A stretch of 64,000 bases of DNA from the NCBI GenBank assembly GCA_002633005.1, contig NMRA01000134.1, positions 97,128 to 161,127 of the forward strand, given 5' to 3'. Shown here one piece after another: positions 1 through 12,357 of the stretch. The first letter of the stretch is position 1, and each line of letters opens with the position of its first letter. The notes beneath the pieces are model-generated. The model ran no database searches. It saw nothing but the letters and a program-made list of their open reading frames with translations, and was not told where the DNA came from. The position numbers were made by a program, and so were the translations under genes. The stretch comes from Phoronis australis (taxonomy: Eukaryota > Animalia > Phoronida).

Positions 1-310
1 ACAGTTCATGGAAACTTATCTATTGTGCAAGTAAGTGCCAGATGTACATTGTAACAGTGATCAAAAATCTTCACAAAACTGACGGAGGGAAAATTTGTGA
101 TCAGTAAACTGGGTGCACTTTTGCACCACAGATTTCTTCCTCGTGTGGTGAGTTCACCTTCCAAGAGAAAAAGCAACATTGAGGGCATGTACCTCTCTCT
201 TTATGATACTCTAAGATAATAAATCAATTTTGTTGGCATCTGTCTGGCTTTCTGATTCACCGTATGAGATGTACAGCCATGTATTGAGTATATACATTTT
301 ATCATTTTAG

Positions 311-3300
311 TTATTACTTGAAAATGGTGCTAACCCTGAAGGCTGTATACAAGCAGATGATAACTATGTGGAGACCCCACTGCAGCTGGCTGCATCGTCA
401 GGTGAGCATGGACACTGACACCTGTCAGCTGGAGACAAATGCATCCTTTGTCCAATTGTTCATGATTCGTAGAAACATGGTATAACTACCTGGTAAAGCA
501 GATTATGTTGAGCACAGTGGTTTCTATTTTTCGTCAAAAATGACCATGATTGTTAGATCAATGTCTTCATTTGTTTTATTGTCTGTCCCTTTGCACCGTC
601 CAATGACAATATTTGCACCAGGTCCCTGACAATAGATGTCCCCACTTGATATATTTGGCAATGCTTAAGAATGGGATATGTCAGAAACTGTTACATCTTG
701 CTATATTGGAGTTATTTCAACCATAAAATAATATGCTTATCTTCCTGTTGCCATTTTCTGACTTTTTCAGGTCACGCAGATCTTGTCTCGCTGCTACTCT
801 CCAAAGGTGCTGACCCCTACCAGGAGACACACTTCAAAGATGGTGCTGCTCTCGCTGGTAAAGGCAAGGTGAATGCGTTCATCCTCGCAGCCAGCCATGG
901 CCACAAGTATGTTCTCAAGAAGTTGCTGTCACAGCCTATGAGAAAGAAACACAGTGAGGTCATGTCGCTGGAGGAATACCTGGCAGAGGGCAGCACCAGT
1001 GGCCTCAATGGCGGTGTTGGTGGCGACAATCATGACAAAGTGTTTGATAAGAATAACAAGATGAAGAACAAAGCAGAAGAGGTAATGATGGTTATCTATC
1101 TACAAATATTGACTGACAGTTTAAACGTGTGCTATTATTGTGGGATGTGTTGTCTAAAAATTTGTGATTGTGTAGCTTTGAAGTTGCAGGCCATGAAAGG
1201 GTACTTACAGGCTTTGTGAAGACTGGGTGAAAAGTGTTAATGTTGTTTTAACTCAAAGAAGCTGGTGACTGTAATGTTGCTTTGTAATGTCGCTTGGCAA
1301 AGCTGTCCGGATTGTGACGCTATGTTTATGTCATTTATAGAACAATAAACTTTATGATGAGAACGTGTACACGACTATTGAAAACGACTATGTGACTATA
1401 GAAGAACTGTGGGAACAAGACCGTCTGCAGAGGGCTGCCAAAAGCGACCTCTGTGAGCAGCAGACGAGGGCTTTGCAGGTGAAGAGACTGTGCATGTCAC
1501 TTGTCCTTCAACTAACATGGAGATTGTCTGCTTTGTTTCCCAACCTTTATCATTAACCTTTCTAATTTTCTTCCTAATATTCAGTAACACTTGTTAGTGT
1601 ATGCGCGTAGAGGTGAAGAGGTCAAGCATGCTCTCTTCCCTTCACTAACCCAGATCGTCTGCCAGATCGTCTGCTTCATTTTCAAGTTATTATTGTTAAC
1701 CTGTACAGTTTTATTTCACCCTGTATGACATATGTGTTTGTTTATTTAATTTGGAGGAAAGGTGAAAAACTGTAAGAAAGATTTCAAAAACTTGGAAAAA
1801 TTAAATTTGATTGACTAAGTGGTAGATGTGTTATCACTGCATTGGGCATTTTGGAAAATTTTACAAAGTTCATGTCTTTGTTTGGTACCGTACTAGACTA
1901 AAGACAGACACCAGCATGAGGTTTTAACCACATGCTGTTTTTATATCTTTCCTCTGTTCACCTTTTCCAGTTCCTATTACAGAATAGCCAACTACACATT
2001 CCTTGCTCTACCTTCAGAGATCATGGACCTGATGCATTTCCTTACACTGTAGTGAAGTTAAACTATAGTTCTTAATTGTGTTTAGTTACTCAGCTTATCA
2101 CTTCTTACTGTGTCCTGTGTTAGAGTACCTGATGAATGACATACTGAACCTTCTGCTTCTATCATTTATGTCCATGTCATGCGCTTAATGATGTTACTTG
2201 TTGGAGTTGGTGCCAGTTTTATTCATTTTAATGCAACAAATATCCAAATATTTGATGTGGTTGTACACTTGAACTGTCACTATCCTTATTTAAACTTCAG
2301 TGTTTAAAATTTTTTCAGTTAGGGACACATTATGGTTGACAGGTGGAATTTCAATTTGTCAAATATCTCAACAAGAACAAGGCTAAAGAAAAGAAAGTTT
2401 AAATTTTTAGCATACTTTGTTTTGTACTGCTGTCACAGAACAACAGTTGTTACTATTTAAAGTGTTTGTGGCAAACTATGAGTCAGTAGTTCTTAGACTT
2501 AATAAAGTAGTATTTTGACTTTGGCTTTTGGTGCAAAAACATTTTATTTTGTCTTCACTGTCTTATTGTGTTTGGTGCCTTACATTTGACAATTACTGTT
2601 CACAGGAGGCCTTGTATCATGCTTCAGAGCATGGCTATTTAGATATTGCATCAGAGATCAGGAACCTGGGTGTACCATGGACAGTGTACACGTGGACCTG
2701 CTGTTTGAAGATGGCACACACACAGCACAGAAAGGTCATGTTGCAAGCTTTGCTTAAGGACTTTGCCTCAGTTCGAAATGACAAAGCAGAGTTCTTGGAC
2801 AGTTGCTTGACACTGTTGGTCGACATTTTCAAGAATAGCAAGGTACGCTTGTCACTTGTCACACCTTTGTGATTTACTGAAATACATTAGCCATCAAGGT
2901 CAATTTTAAAACGTTTTACCGTAATCGTTCGGGTTAACGCCCATGCTCAGTTAACCGCCCACCCCTACTTTAGGTGGATTTTCGATTTAACCGCCCACTG
3001 CTCGGTTAACCGCCCCCCTGCTATTTTTGAAGATTTCCAATTAAGCGCCCACCTCTCGGTTAAGCGCCCATCCCCTACTTTTGGCGATTGGTGATTACCG
3101 CCCTGTGCTAATAGGAAACGCGAATCCCCGACCTTTTAGATTAAGATCGATGATAACATTGAGTGCAACAACGGCCTCAGAGACCGCGGTTTAGCAATGT
3201 GAATTATGATACCAGTAACAAATTATTGTAACGGGTCATCGATTAACTTCAAAATGTAATACTTGAACACTTTGTCACTTTCTTTTCTTCTCATGTTCGC

Positions 3301-6300
3301 CAACTTTAGGAACCGCGCTGGNNNNNNNNNNNNNNNNNNNNNNNNNNNNNNNNNNNNNNNNNNNNNNNNNNNNNNNNNNNNNNNNNNNNNNNNNNNNNNN
3401 NNNNNNNNNNNNNNNNNNNNNNNNNNNNNNNNNNNNNNNNNNNNNNNNNNNNNNNNNNNNNNNNNNNNNNNNNNNNNNNNNNNNNNNNNNNNNNNNNNNN
3501 NNNNNNNNNNNNNNNNNNNNNNNNNNNNNNNNNNNNNNNNNNNNNNNNNNNNNNNNNNNNNNNNNNNNNNNNNNNNNNNNNNNNNNNNNNNNNNNNNNNN
3601 NNNNNNNNNNNNNNNNNNNNNNNNNNNNNNNNNNNNNNNNNNNNNNNNNNNNNNNNNNNNNNNNNNNNNNNNNNNNNNNNNNNNNNNNNNNNNNNNNNNN
3701 NNNNNNNNNNNNNNNNNNNNNNNNNNNNNNNNNNNNNNNNNNNNNNNNNNNNNNNNNNNNNNNNNNNNNNNNNNNNNNNNNNNNNNNNNNNNNNNNNNNN
3801 NNNNNNNNNNNNNNCCGCCCCCCCCCCCCGATTTCTTGAAATTTCACGTTTAAGCGCCCATGTCTGGTTAACCGCCCACCCCCGATTTTTTGGGTTCGCC
3901 AATTTAACCGCCCAGGGCGTTAACCCGAACGATTACGGTAAATTATTCAATGGTGGATATTTCCTTTGTTTGAATGAAAATAAAAATCTGTGATTTTATT
4001 CGTCATAGACCATAAAATAAGTGTTCAGAATTTCATGAGAATTGTATCACACATAATGGAAAAATTGATGTACAAAAGTACTAAAAGTATTCTAAATCAA
4101 AATGCTTTAAAGTGGTTGATCAGTTGAGGTCGTCTCAGTTAATTCATATATTTGGCAAATGAATGAGTTGATGGAAGTGTTAAGGATAGCAGTGAGAGGT
4201 TTAATTGTATACAATATGTTGATATTGTTTATTGCATTTCAAAAAAGTTCGCAAAGGTTTACAATTACCTTAACACACACTATTTTGTTCTTGTATTTTC
4301 AATTTTAGTGCTCTTTGTATCATTTGCTGTAGGTACTCCATTAGCACACTTTAATACCATAACTAAACACCCACCTTTGGTCCCACTGATACTCATAACC
4401 AATGCTGTTCTGAAAGCCATCTTGGTGTGTAATAGACAATAGAGCCAGCCAGTCATGTGACTTGTTTTGTTTTGATTGCAGAATGAAGTAGTCAGCCACC
4501 AACTTGCCAGTGTACTTAAAGATTTGTATGGGAATGAACCGATACCTGCAATCAAAGAGATACGCCAGTCTCCCCAACCCTATATAGGTATGTTAAGTTT
4601 TGCCTCTTAAAGTTCATGAATTTCTGAAATGTAGGTTTTTGCATTTTTGGCAGGGCTGCCAGCTGTTTGGGTTTTATGTACTTTTAGGGCATAATAAATG
4701 TTTATATAGAAGCCTTGAAATTTTATTTATTTTAGCATTTATATCTGTTATAAAATTTGTCAGTTTTTTTTAAAGCGAGATCTGCGCCAAGTAATTACCA
4801 GTTTTAAAAAATGGTAACAGGAAGTGTCTTCATTCTATTGTGGTGGGTTCAGCACTGAGAACCGGACCACCTACAATGTTAGTATGGATCAGAAAGTAGA
4901 GTTTTTAATGGCTCGTTTCAGTTTGAACATGATTGGAAAGTGTGATTTATTGCTTTTGGGAGTATCACACCATCTTTTGAATGAAATTTGTACTTTCACA
5001 TTTTTGTGGAAATCCTACAAGTTGTCACTAACTTTATGGTGAAGGTTACACATTATGCGCTTAAGAAGTTGTCTCCCTTGCCATATGGTAACATTATCTC
5101 ATCAACATTATTCATTTAATTTCATATTTAAACAATGGCATACTGTTAATTATCTATCTATGCTATTTCGCTCATTTTTGTGTAAAGTAACTTAATTTAT
5201 AGCTAAATCTGCTCTAGACCTGCTTACCATCAGATGATAAACTGGTTACTATTATCAAGTTGTTCTCTTGCTTAGATCAGAAGTGATTTTCGGGATTGAT
5301 AAGAACTGACAATGTCATACTGCTTGAGACCATCCTTGACATTGGTAATGACGTGCAATAGTGATTTGCCAATTCTTCTCAAACCAAAAATGAATCACCT
5401 CTGATTTGAGTATAGAACAATTTGAGGCCAATTTTATTTTATAACGTGGTTAAAATATGTTACGACTCTGACAAACAGCAGGTTTATCGCAGTGATTAAA
5501 TTTTCATTTGTCATGACCATTTGTTTTAAAAAACTTATGTTGGTTCTGTTATTATTATTTTGAACAGCAGCTTAGTGTCCAAGTGTAGACGAGACTAAGT
5601 TCATTGTATATTGACTGATAAGCATGTGCCCTGTGTCACTTGTAGATCCCAGCTACGTGAATAATGCCGAGATGTCAGACATCCAGTTCTTGATAGATGG
5701 AAATGTGTTCTACGCACACAGGATACTTCTGGTTAATGCCTCCAATCGATTCAAGGCCATGTTGTCCGGGAAGGTGTTAGAGTCGGGCAAACCATGTATT
5801 GAGATCCCTGACATCAAGTACCATATATTTGAGGTTTGTTTTAGATTCATACTATTTCTAATGTTGAACCCCCGCACGGTGTGTCTATTGTGTGAGGTCA
5901 GATGTTGTTTTTATGTATTTGTGACTGCGACACAGTTTTGTCTGTGACAGCTTTTAGCTTCTGCTATTGTTTCGTATGGGAGGATTTAGGATTTTGAGTG
6001 GGTGTTAGGAGCATATTTGTAGGACAGTATTTAATTTCTTCAAGAGGGATGCTGGAAGAACCTAGCAAAGAATTTGAAAATGGTTCTCTTTGTAGGCAGC
6101 CCAGTAAAATTTGGGTGTATTTCTTTCAAAGTTTTAAGTAATATAGAAATGTTGCTACTGAGCCTCAATATGTAAATATGCCCAGTGTTATGTAAATATG
6201 TCTACTGAGTGGCATGGATCTCAATATGTTCTCTTGTTTATTTTCAGTATATTATACAGTATTTATATCATGGCAGTGTTCGACATGTCACTATTGATGC

Positions 6301-8930
6301 CTCTCATCTGATTGAGGTAAGTCAGAATGGTGCTTTTTGCAAATAAACATTTGATGAAGGCATGAACTGGAATTAGATCGTGCATCAGTTACCGTATTTG
6401 CCGTAATAACCGCCCATGCCCCTATAAGCACCCCCCCACGCGTTTTCAGACTTTGCTGAAAGAAGCGCCCAGTCCATGAACGTGTACATGCGAACAATGA
6501 CGTACCTACAGTCCTAAAACTCGGCTACAGTAACGTCTTCAATTTATCAAAAAATTTTTGCACAGGTCTTCTAGACCACCAGCGGCACTGCTACGTTTGT
6601 ATTTAGCCGTGACAAAGTAACGCAGCGCTTCAAAAAGAACGCAACAGCGTTGCTACGCTCTCGCGATGACCGTGTCCCGTGGTCTGACCTTTCAGTAGAC
6701 ACATGACTGTCTCATGAACAAAAATAACTCGGTGTTAAACACACGTGGCCAGGAAGCGCGCGCTACATAACCTGTCATCAAAGACATTAGTTGGGAACTA
6801 TCCATTCATGAAGCGGGTAGCATAGCATCGATAAGAAATGAATATTGGAACTAATTTCCGACAATTTCTAATACTATCAACATGTTTGCGTTATTTTTGA
6901 GATGGATAGTTTGATTAACCGTAATTGGTGTTATTAAGCCGAATATCCGATAAAATGACAACCGACAGTGAATGCTTACACACCCTTACACCGAAAAATA
7001 ACTGTCAGATAGTTACGTACGCATCCAGCTACACGGCGACTAATATGGGCCTTGCCGAGACAAATGTCGAAAGTTTTTAGCACGAGACCGGCAAGTGCTG
7101 AATGAAACACGCTCTGGTTTAGGTCTACTGCTTGTGCAAATTTCTTTAGACACATCTAGCTAGTTAGATTGCGTGGCTCTGGCCGAAAGACGGTCTCTGC
7201 TTTGGCAAATGAACTCTGGTGACACGCACGCGCTCGCTTACTCGCAGACGAACTTCAAAACAAACGTCACGTGACAACAACTTGTGTGTTCGGCCAGACA
7301 TTTTTCTCGCCGTGTTGCCGATCATACATGTACATGTAGATGGCACGATGTTGCACAGATTTATACTTAAACCTGTCGTTAATCCAGACTCCACGGGAAC
7401 TTAAAAACCTTAGAGACGCTACTTATAAAATTTAATGAGGATTTCAGGTACTTTATCGAAACCATTTTTATTCAAGCATTGAAGTCGCCATATCGAAGAC
7501 GGCGATTTCGAAGCAGTCAGTTGGCGAGTTTTCGCCCTGGGATTTCAGCACAATTTTCTGTAAAATGATCGTAATTTAGCAGCAAAGTTTGATAGCAATG
7601 CACCACAGTTTTGTTGAAAGTCTTTCATAGATTACATGCATCACAGAGCGTAAATTTGATGAATCTTAGCTTCCGATTTCACCCGTTTCGGAGACCGGGT
7701 TTCAACCGCCTTGGGTTATAATAAGCGCCCCCCCTGAACCGAACTTTTCTAAGCGCCCTGGGCGGTTATTACGGCGAATACGGTACTAAGAATTTCTGAT
7801 AATAGCCGCTGAGTGTATTTTCAGAAAATACCATATTTTTTAACTTTTGAGTATCCTGCAGTTGTCATGTATCATACCTTAAGCATAGGTCTTGCTTGCT
7901 AGACTTAGTAAATTTGTACCAAACTTTTGAAGGTTGACAGTTACAGAGCATTGTTTTGTTTTAGAGAGCCGGATGAAAAGGTTGTTTTCAATGTTTGTTA
8001 ATAGGTCGAAACTTGGTTTAGTTTCCTTTTAAACTTGTTGGTGAAAACTTACACACGCAAAAGTAAACCAATACAACAACAACAAAATGAGATAGGCCTG
8101 CATGTCATGTCACTCAGTGGTCTTACAAGGTGATAATCCAAGTCTTGTGTACGTCTTGTCTTGTCCTCAACTTCTTTCACTTTAGATTGAAGTTTACAAC
8201 TTTTAAGCAGCTGATACTTGTTCAATGCAACTTTCAAGATGTTTAATGTGTACTTTGAATGATTCTTATGCTTTTGTTATGGACTTATTGCAGTTGTTGG
8301 GGTCAGCGAATTTCTTCCTGTTGGATGGCTTGCAGAGACATTGTGAGATTTTGCTTTCCAAAACAATCAACTTCGAGAATTGTACCAACATCTACAAGCA
8401 TGCAAGAGTGAGTATATTCAGAATATGTGGATAAGGGCCCAGGAAGTAACATGTTTGGCGCTGGTTTGTTTGAATGCAGATATGAACTGGACTTGCATCA
8501 CAATAAACAACGTGAGATTTATGTCACTTAGCTTTAGGAAATTGGTTTCAAATTGTTCCTTGGTTACAATTGGAGACGATATCAGGGCTTCAACAGAAGT
8601 GACAATGTGTTATTGCTTGTGACAAGGCAGTGGAGCCTGATCTCCAGTTGAGTTGGGAACTTTCTTGCATGCTTTCAACCAAATTTGTCTTGGTTTATTT
8701 CTAATTTTGTTTTGTATAATTTTCAGTTGTACAATGCTGTTGAGTTGATGTCCTACTGTGAGAGTTTCTTTCTTCAAAACCTGCCGAAACTACTCAAAGT
8801 CAACGAAGTGTTCAAACGCGTGCTGTGGAGTGCTAAGCAAGACGTTATCCAAGGCTTGTTGCTTACCCTGACCTGTAAGTTGCAGGCGAAACAGAGAGCT
8901 CAACTGAATAGACAGTTCAGTCACTGCTAA
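311..8930 (+). CDS. ABTB2: Ankyrin repeat and BTB/POZ domain protein (ABTB2/BTBD11-ABTB3 family), 3' part; 5' exons lie upstream of the window
   Basis: GT-AG exons that join in frame: 311-401, 771-1081, 1341-1478, 2606-2842, 4482-4587, 5646-5833, 6248-6316, 8294-8407, 8727-8930 (TAA). Peptides: LLLENGANPEG..ETPLQLAASSGHADLVSLLLSKGADP (ankyrin), EALYHASEHGYLDIASEIRNLGVPWT, DPSYVNNAEMSDIQFLIDGNVFYAHRILLVNASNRFKAML (BTB), LLGSANFFLLDGLQRHCE. Probably co-orthologous to vertebrate ABTB2 and BTBD11. Confidence 0.92.
2919..3938. mobile_element. Non-autonomous Tc1/mariner-superfamily (Tc2/pogo-like) DNA transposon in an ABTB intron, interrupted by the assembly gap
   Basis: Perfect 24-bp TIR CCGTAATCGTTCGGGTTAACGCCC; TA flanks at 2917-2918 and 3939-3940; subterminal TTAA(C/G)CGCCC repeats at both ends. 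Confidence 0.85.
3322..3814. other. Assembly gap (N run)
   Basis: 493 consecutive N. Confidence 1.
6392..7783. mobile_element. Non-autonomous Tc2/pogo-like DNA transposon (about 1.39 kb) in an ABTB intron
   Basis: 25-bp TIR CCGTATT(T/C)GCCGTAATAACCGCCCA with 1 mismatch; TA flanks at 6390-6391 and 7784-7785; CpG-richer than the flanks; no long ORF. Confidence 0.85.
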
Positions 8931-9855
8931 TAGATGTCACTAGAAACAGTCTTGTTAGTGCTGATGGCTTTTGTGTTCCTTTGTACTAGCAATCATTGGT
9001 GTTGTTATTTCAAAAATGGCAATAGTAATCATTAAGTGGCTAACTAAATAGAAAAAACTTGCATTCAAGTGCATATTTGTGAACAGTTGAAATTTTCCGT
9101 GAAAGCTTTGATATCCTAAATCAAAAGGTTTGCCCTTAGTTACAGAAATTTTACCATAGTTGCCCCCAAGTGCTACGTGCAATCCATGACAAGAAGAAAA
9201 TGCGTGTGTAAAATTAGAGAACGATCTCAAGGTGGCAGTGAATTATTTAAGCAAATACAAATATTTTAGAAGCAATACACAGAATGGAGAGTCCCATTTT
9301 AGGTGCACTTCTTGCACAGTCTACTTTGTGTAGTGTTTTAAACAAGTTTCGTTCACTAGGTAACAACACCTAGACTTTGTGCAATGTCAAGACGCGAGCT
9401 GTAGAAGCCATCTCCTCTTTTCTATCACCATACGAGATTCTCTTACAAACACAGATCATATAGTTGACATCTCTTTGTGTAAGAGGTGTCTTTTAAACAT
9501 GAGATTGTTTATTTCCTCTTTGAGCAGGATTACTGTGTTTCCACAAGTTATTGTATGTTTGGTGCCAAACTATTATTATACATTTTGTCTTGAAATTATG
9601 TACTCATTACATGCTGAATCAGAAATACTGGAGTCTTGCGTAAAGGCTGTATTACCAGTGATAGTATTCTTCACAGACTAAGGAGATTTTTGGAGCATGT
9701 CAATTGAAGTTCTGTGTTAAAGAACCTGTGGTTCAACTGCCTGTGTTAGATGTTCAAATGGTGAATTAATGTGGTCTATTTTGACATGTAAAATAGTATT
9801 TATTATTAGTTGAACTTAGTTCTAGCACCCGTAAAGGTGTGTATTATTAGAGGGC

Positions 9856-9955
9856 AACAGTCGGATATAACATGGCCACATTTTGAGAACCATGTTTCAT
9901 GCCCCTTATTTAGTGGAGAAACGTGGTTCCCAAAATGCAGTTATATCCGACTATT
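9856..9955. repeat. Imperfect palindrome (MITE-like hairpin) in the ABTB 3'UTR
   Basis: AGTCGGATATAAC...ATTTTGAGAACCATGTTTC pairs with GAAACGTGGTTCCCAAAAT...GTTATATCCGACT. Confidence 0.7.
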
Positions 9956-10090
9956 AAGAGTTAGTGCATACAGATAGTTACAGATATGAGAATGTACATC
10001 TATAGATATAAGGATGTAGATTAAGAATTTATCAGAAGTACTTTTGTATCAGTATTTATTGTTTTATATGATAAAGCATATTTTGCATTA

Positions 10091-10096
10091 AATAAA
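10091..10096 (+). promoter_or_regulatory. Probable polyadenylation signal of the ABTB gene
   Basis: AATAAA about 1.16 kb after the stop, preceded by AT-rich 3'UTR-like sequence and followed by a GT-rich tract. Confidence 0.5.
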
Positions 10097-11528
10097 AACA
10101 TGAAATTTACATGGTGTTGTCTCTGAAGGACATTACAGTGTTTTCCCGTTGATCCCAACTTGTTCAATTATGTAGCCCAACAACAAGTTGGGAAGATGAC
10201 CCCTGTAGCCAATATCTTACAAGACTGATTAACTCCATTCTGGCATTTGTGGTGGAAGGGCCAGCTCTCTTTAGTTCGATAATTGCTCTAATCTCAAATA
10301 AGATCATATCTAGCCTGACTGGGCTGTGCTGTTAAAAATAAAAGTTAAGTTATAACATATTTGAACATAAACCGATAGCATTTCTGAATTCCTCGTCAAA
10401 TGCTCATCATGTTTAGTTTCTGAATTGCCAAATAGCCCAACTACAACCGAAATTGTGACAACCTATTCTTTCCGAACGTGTGCCAATTCGCTCTGGGTTT
10501 GACTGTGTTCACACGTGGTCTGTAATAAGCCTGGTAGATAATTGGCCTGCCTGCTGTCATACCACAGAAAGGACTGTGCTTGGCAGTTAACGAAGGAGCT
10601 AGATGTTATCACACGCTCACAACCTTCTACATCTGGTAAAGTCACTGAACAGGAGAACACCGTAATGATCTGAAGTTATCTTGAATACATAAACCAGACA
10701 AGACAACGACCAAGACCTTGAGACTTGACAATCAAGTATACATTGTACCCACTCCACACAACTTCGCATTCATTTAATATCTTGCAGTTTAGACAAAGGA
10801 GACTTTACAAATCCATCTAATTTTGAAAACAAAATAACAGCTTGTTACATGATTAATACTGCTCAACAGCTGACGATTGATTCTCTAGGAATAAACTTTG
10901 GCATGTCTTCAAAGTACTAACTCGGTGTTTATGTAGTAAAGCAACAATTTTTATTGGACGTTTCTGACCAGGGCCTTATTTTTAAGACTCTTGATCCCAG
11001 TTCAAATCTGTAAGTTCAGTTGATACATGACATATAGTTGGTCAATAACTTGATGAATGGCTCAACTTGATTCACTTAACAACAAACGCTGGGCTCATTG
11101 GCAAAAAATTTTTAATGAATCCCCTTACAAATGTCTTCGCTGGTTGACCCAGCAGAGTGAACAATTCTCACTGAACAAAAATTCAAACTGTGTGAATTCC
11201 TTGTGTTTTTGTATCCTAATTTCCTTTCTGTTAATTCTCTACAACATGCTACAAATAATTGAAGTAAAATCCACCAATTTCAGACAAAAATAATAGCCAA
11301 AAAGTGTCTATTTTTCGAAGGCTTGTTGTGAAGGTACACAATTGTTCAAAATATTGTCTGTGGTGCAGATATTGAACATGAAAACAGTGTTAGTTTGGTT
11401 GTACACCTGTTTTTGGCAAAAAATTGTCCGCCACATTTAATTGTGTCCCAATTTGGTGAGAGTTTACTTAGCACTAAGCACTATTCCAATCATTTGTCTT
11501 CAACTTCGGCTTTTCAAACATGGCTTCA

Positions 11529-11932
11529 AGCCTATCTTGAACACTTGTAAATTTGGTTCCTACCATATGTTAAGAGCATCGCTCTGAGCCCACTAGTTCC
11601 ATAAATTGCCAAATGCAATGAACTGTTAAGTGTATTGGTTTGCTTTTGTCCATGTCACCACAAGAATCACCTTTTAATTCAAACAGCTGCGAATAACACC
11701 CGCACACAATAGTCAGACCCCCATTTAATACAACTGTTATTGGCCTTTTTTGTTTGTGCTGGGATCTCGCAATGACACAGCATGGCACGAAAAGTCAACT
11801 TCATCTATTACTCGAAGGGTCAACATTTAGTGAGTGGATAAACTCGCGTTTTCTTCTTTTGCTAAGGCTTTGCTAGGACTATCTGGTTAGCACAATACAT
11901 CTACAATAACACAATTCTGTTGAAGTTAGGCT
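11529..11932. mobile_element. Kolobok-like MITE, shorter copy of the family at 44543-45067
   Basis: Termini AGCCTATCTTGA...GAAGTTAGGCT; flanks TTCA and TTAA; colinear with 44543-45067 but lacks its internal tRNA-like segment. Confidence 0.7.
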
Positions 11933-12357
11933 TTAAAATTTCCAAACATGGTACAAAACATGGCAAACATGGTGCAGAGTCATGTTTGAATACGTGTAGA
12001 AAGAACACTGATGAATCGAGTCCATCAAGTATGTAATGTGCACCTGTGATGATACCAGTTGTACAGCATGTATTCAAATAGTAATCCAGCACAAATGTCA
12101 TCAATTGTTTTAAAATGCATTGCTTGGCAGCTGGTCTGACTCCTAACCTGCTGACCTTCCCTATTATACTTGGTGAGGACTGATCTGTTGGTTTCCAACA
12201 GCATTCCACTATTTAAATGCACGATTCGTCTCCAAACTCTCCATGTAGGCTTGTGTATTCTTTCAAAGGCACTTCATTGCACAGCTGCTCAAATCCAGTT
12301 CAGGCCAACCAACAGCATTTTGTGAGCCATTCACCAGTGTAACAGTAAAAACATATC

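Noticed and set aside
3263-3902. Three ORFs of about 190 aa
   Set aside because: They are read-through of the N gap (poly-X)
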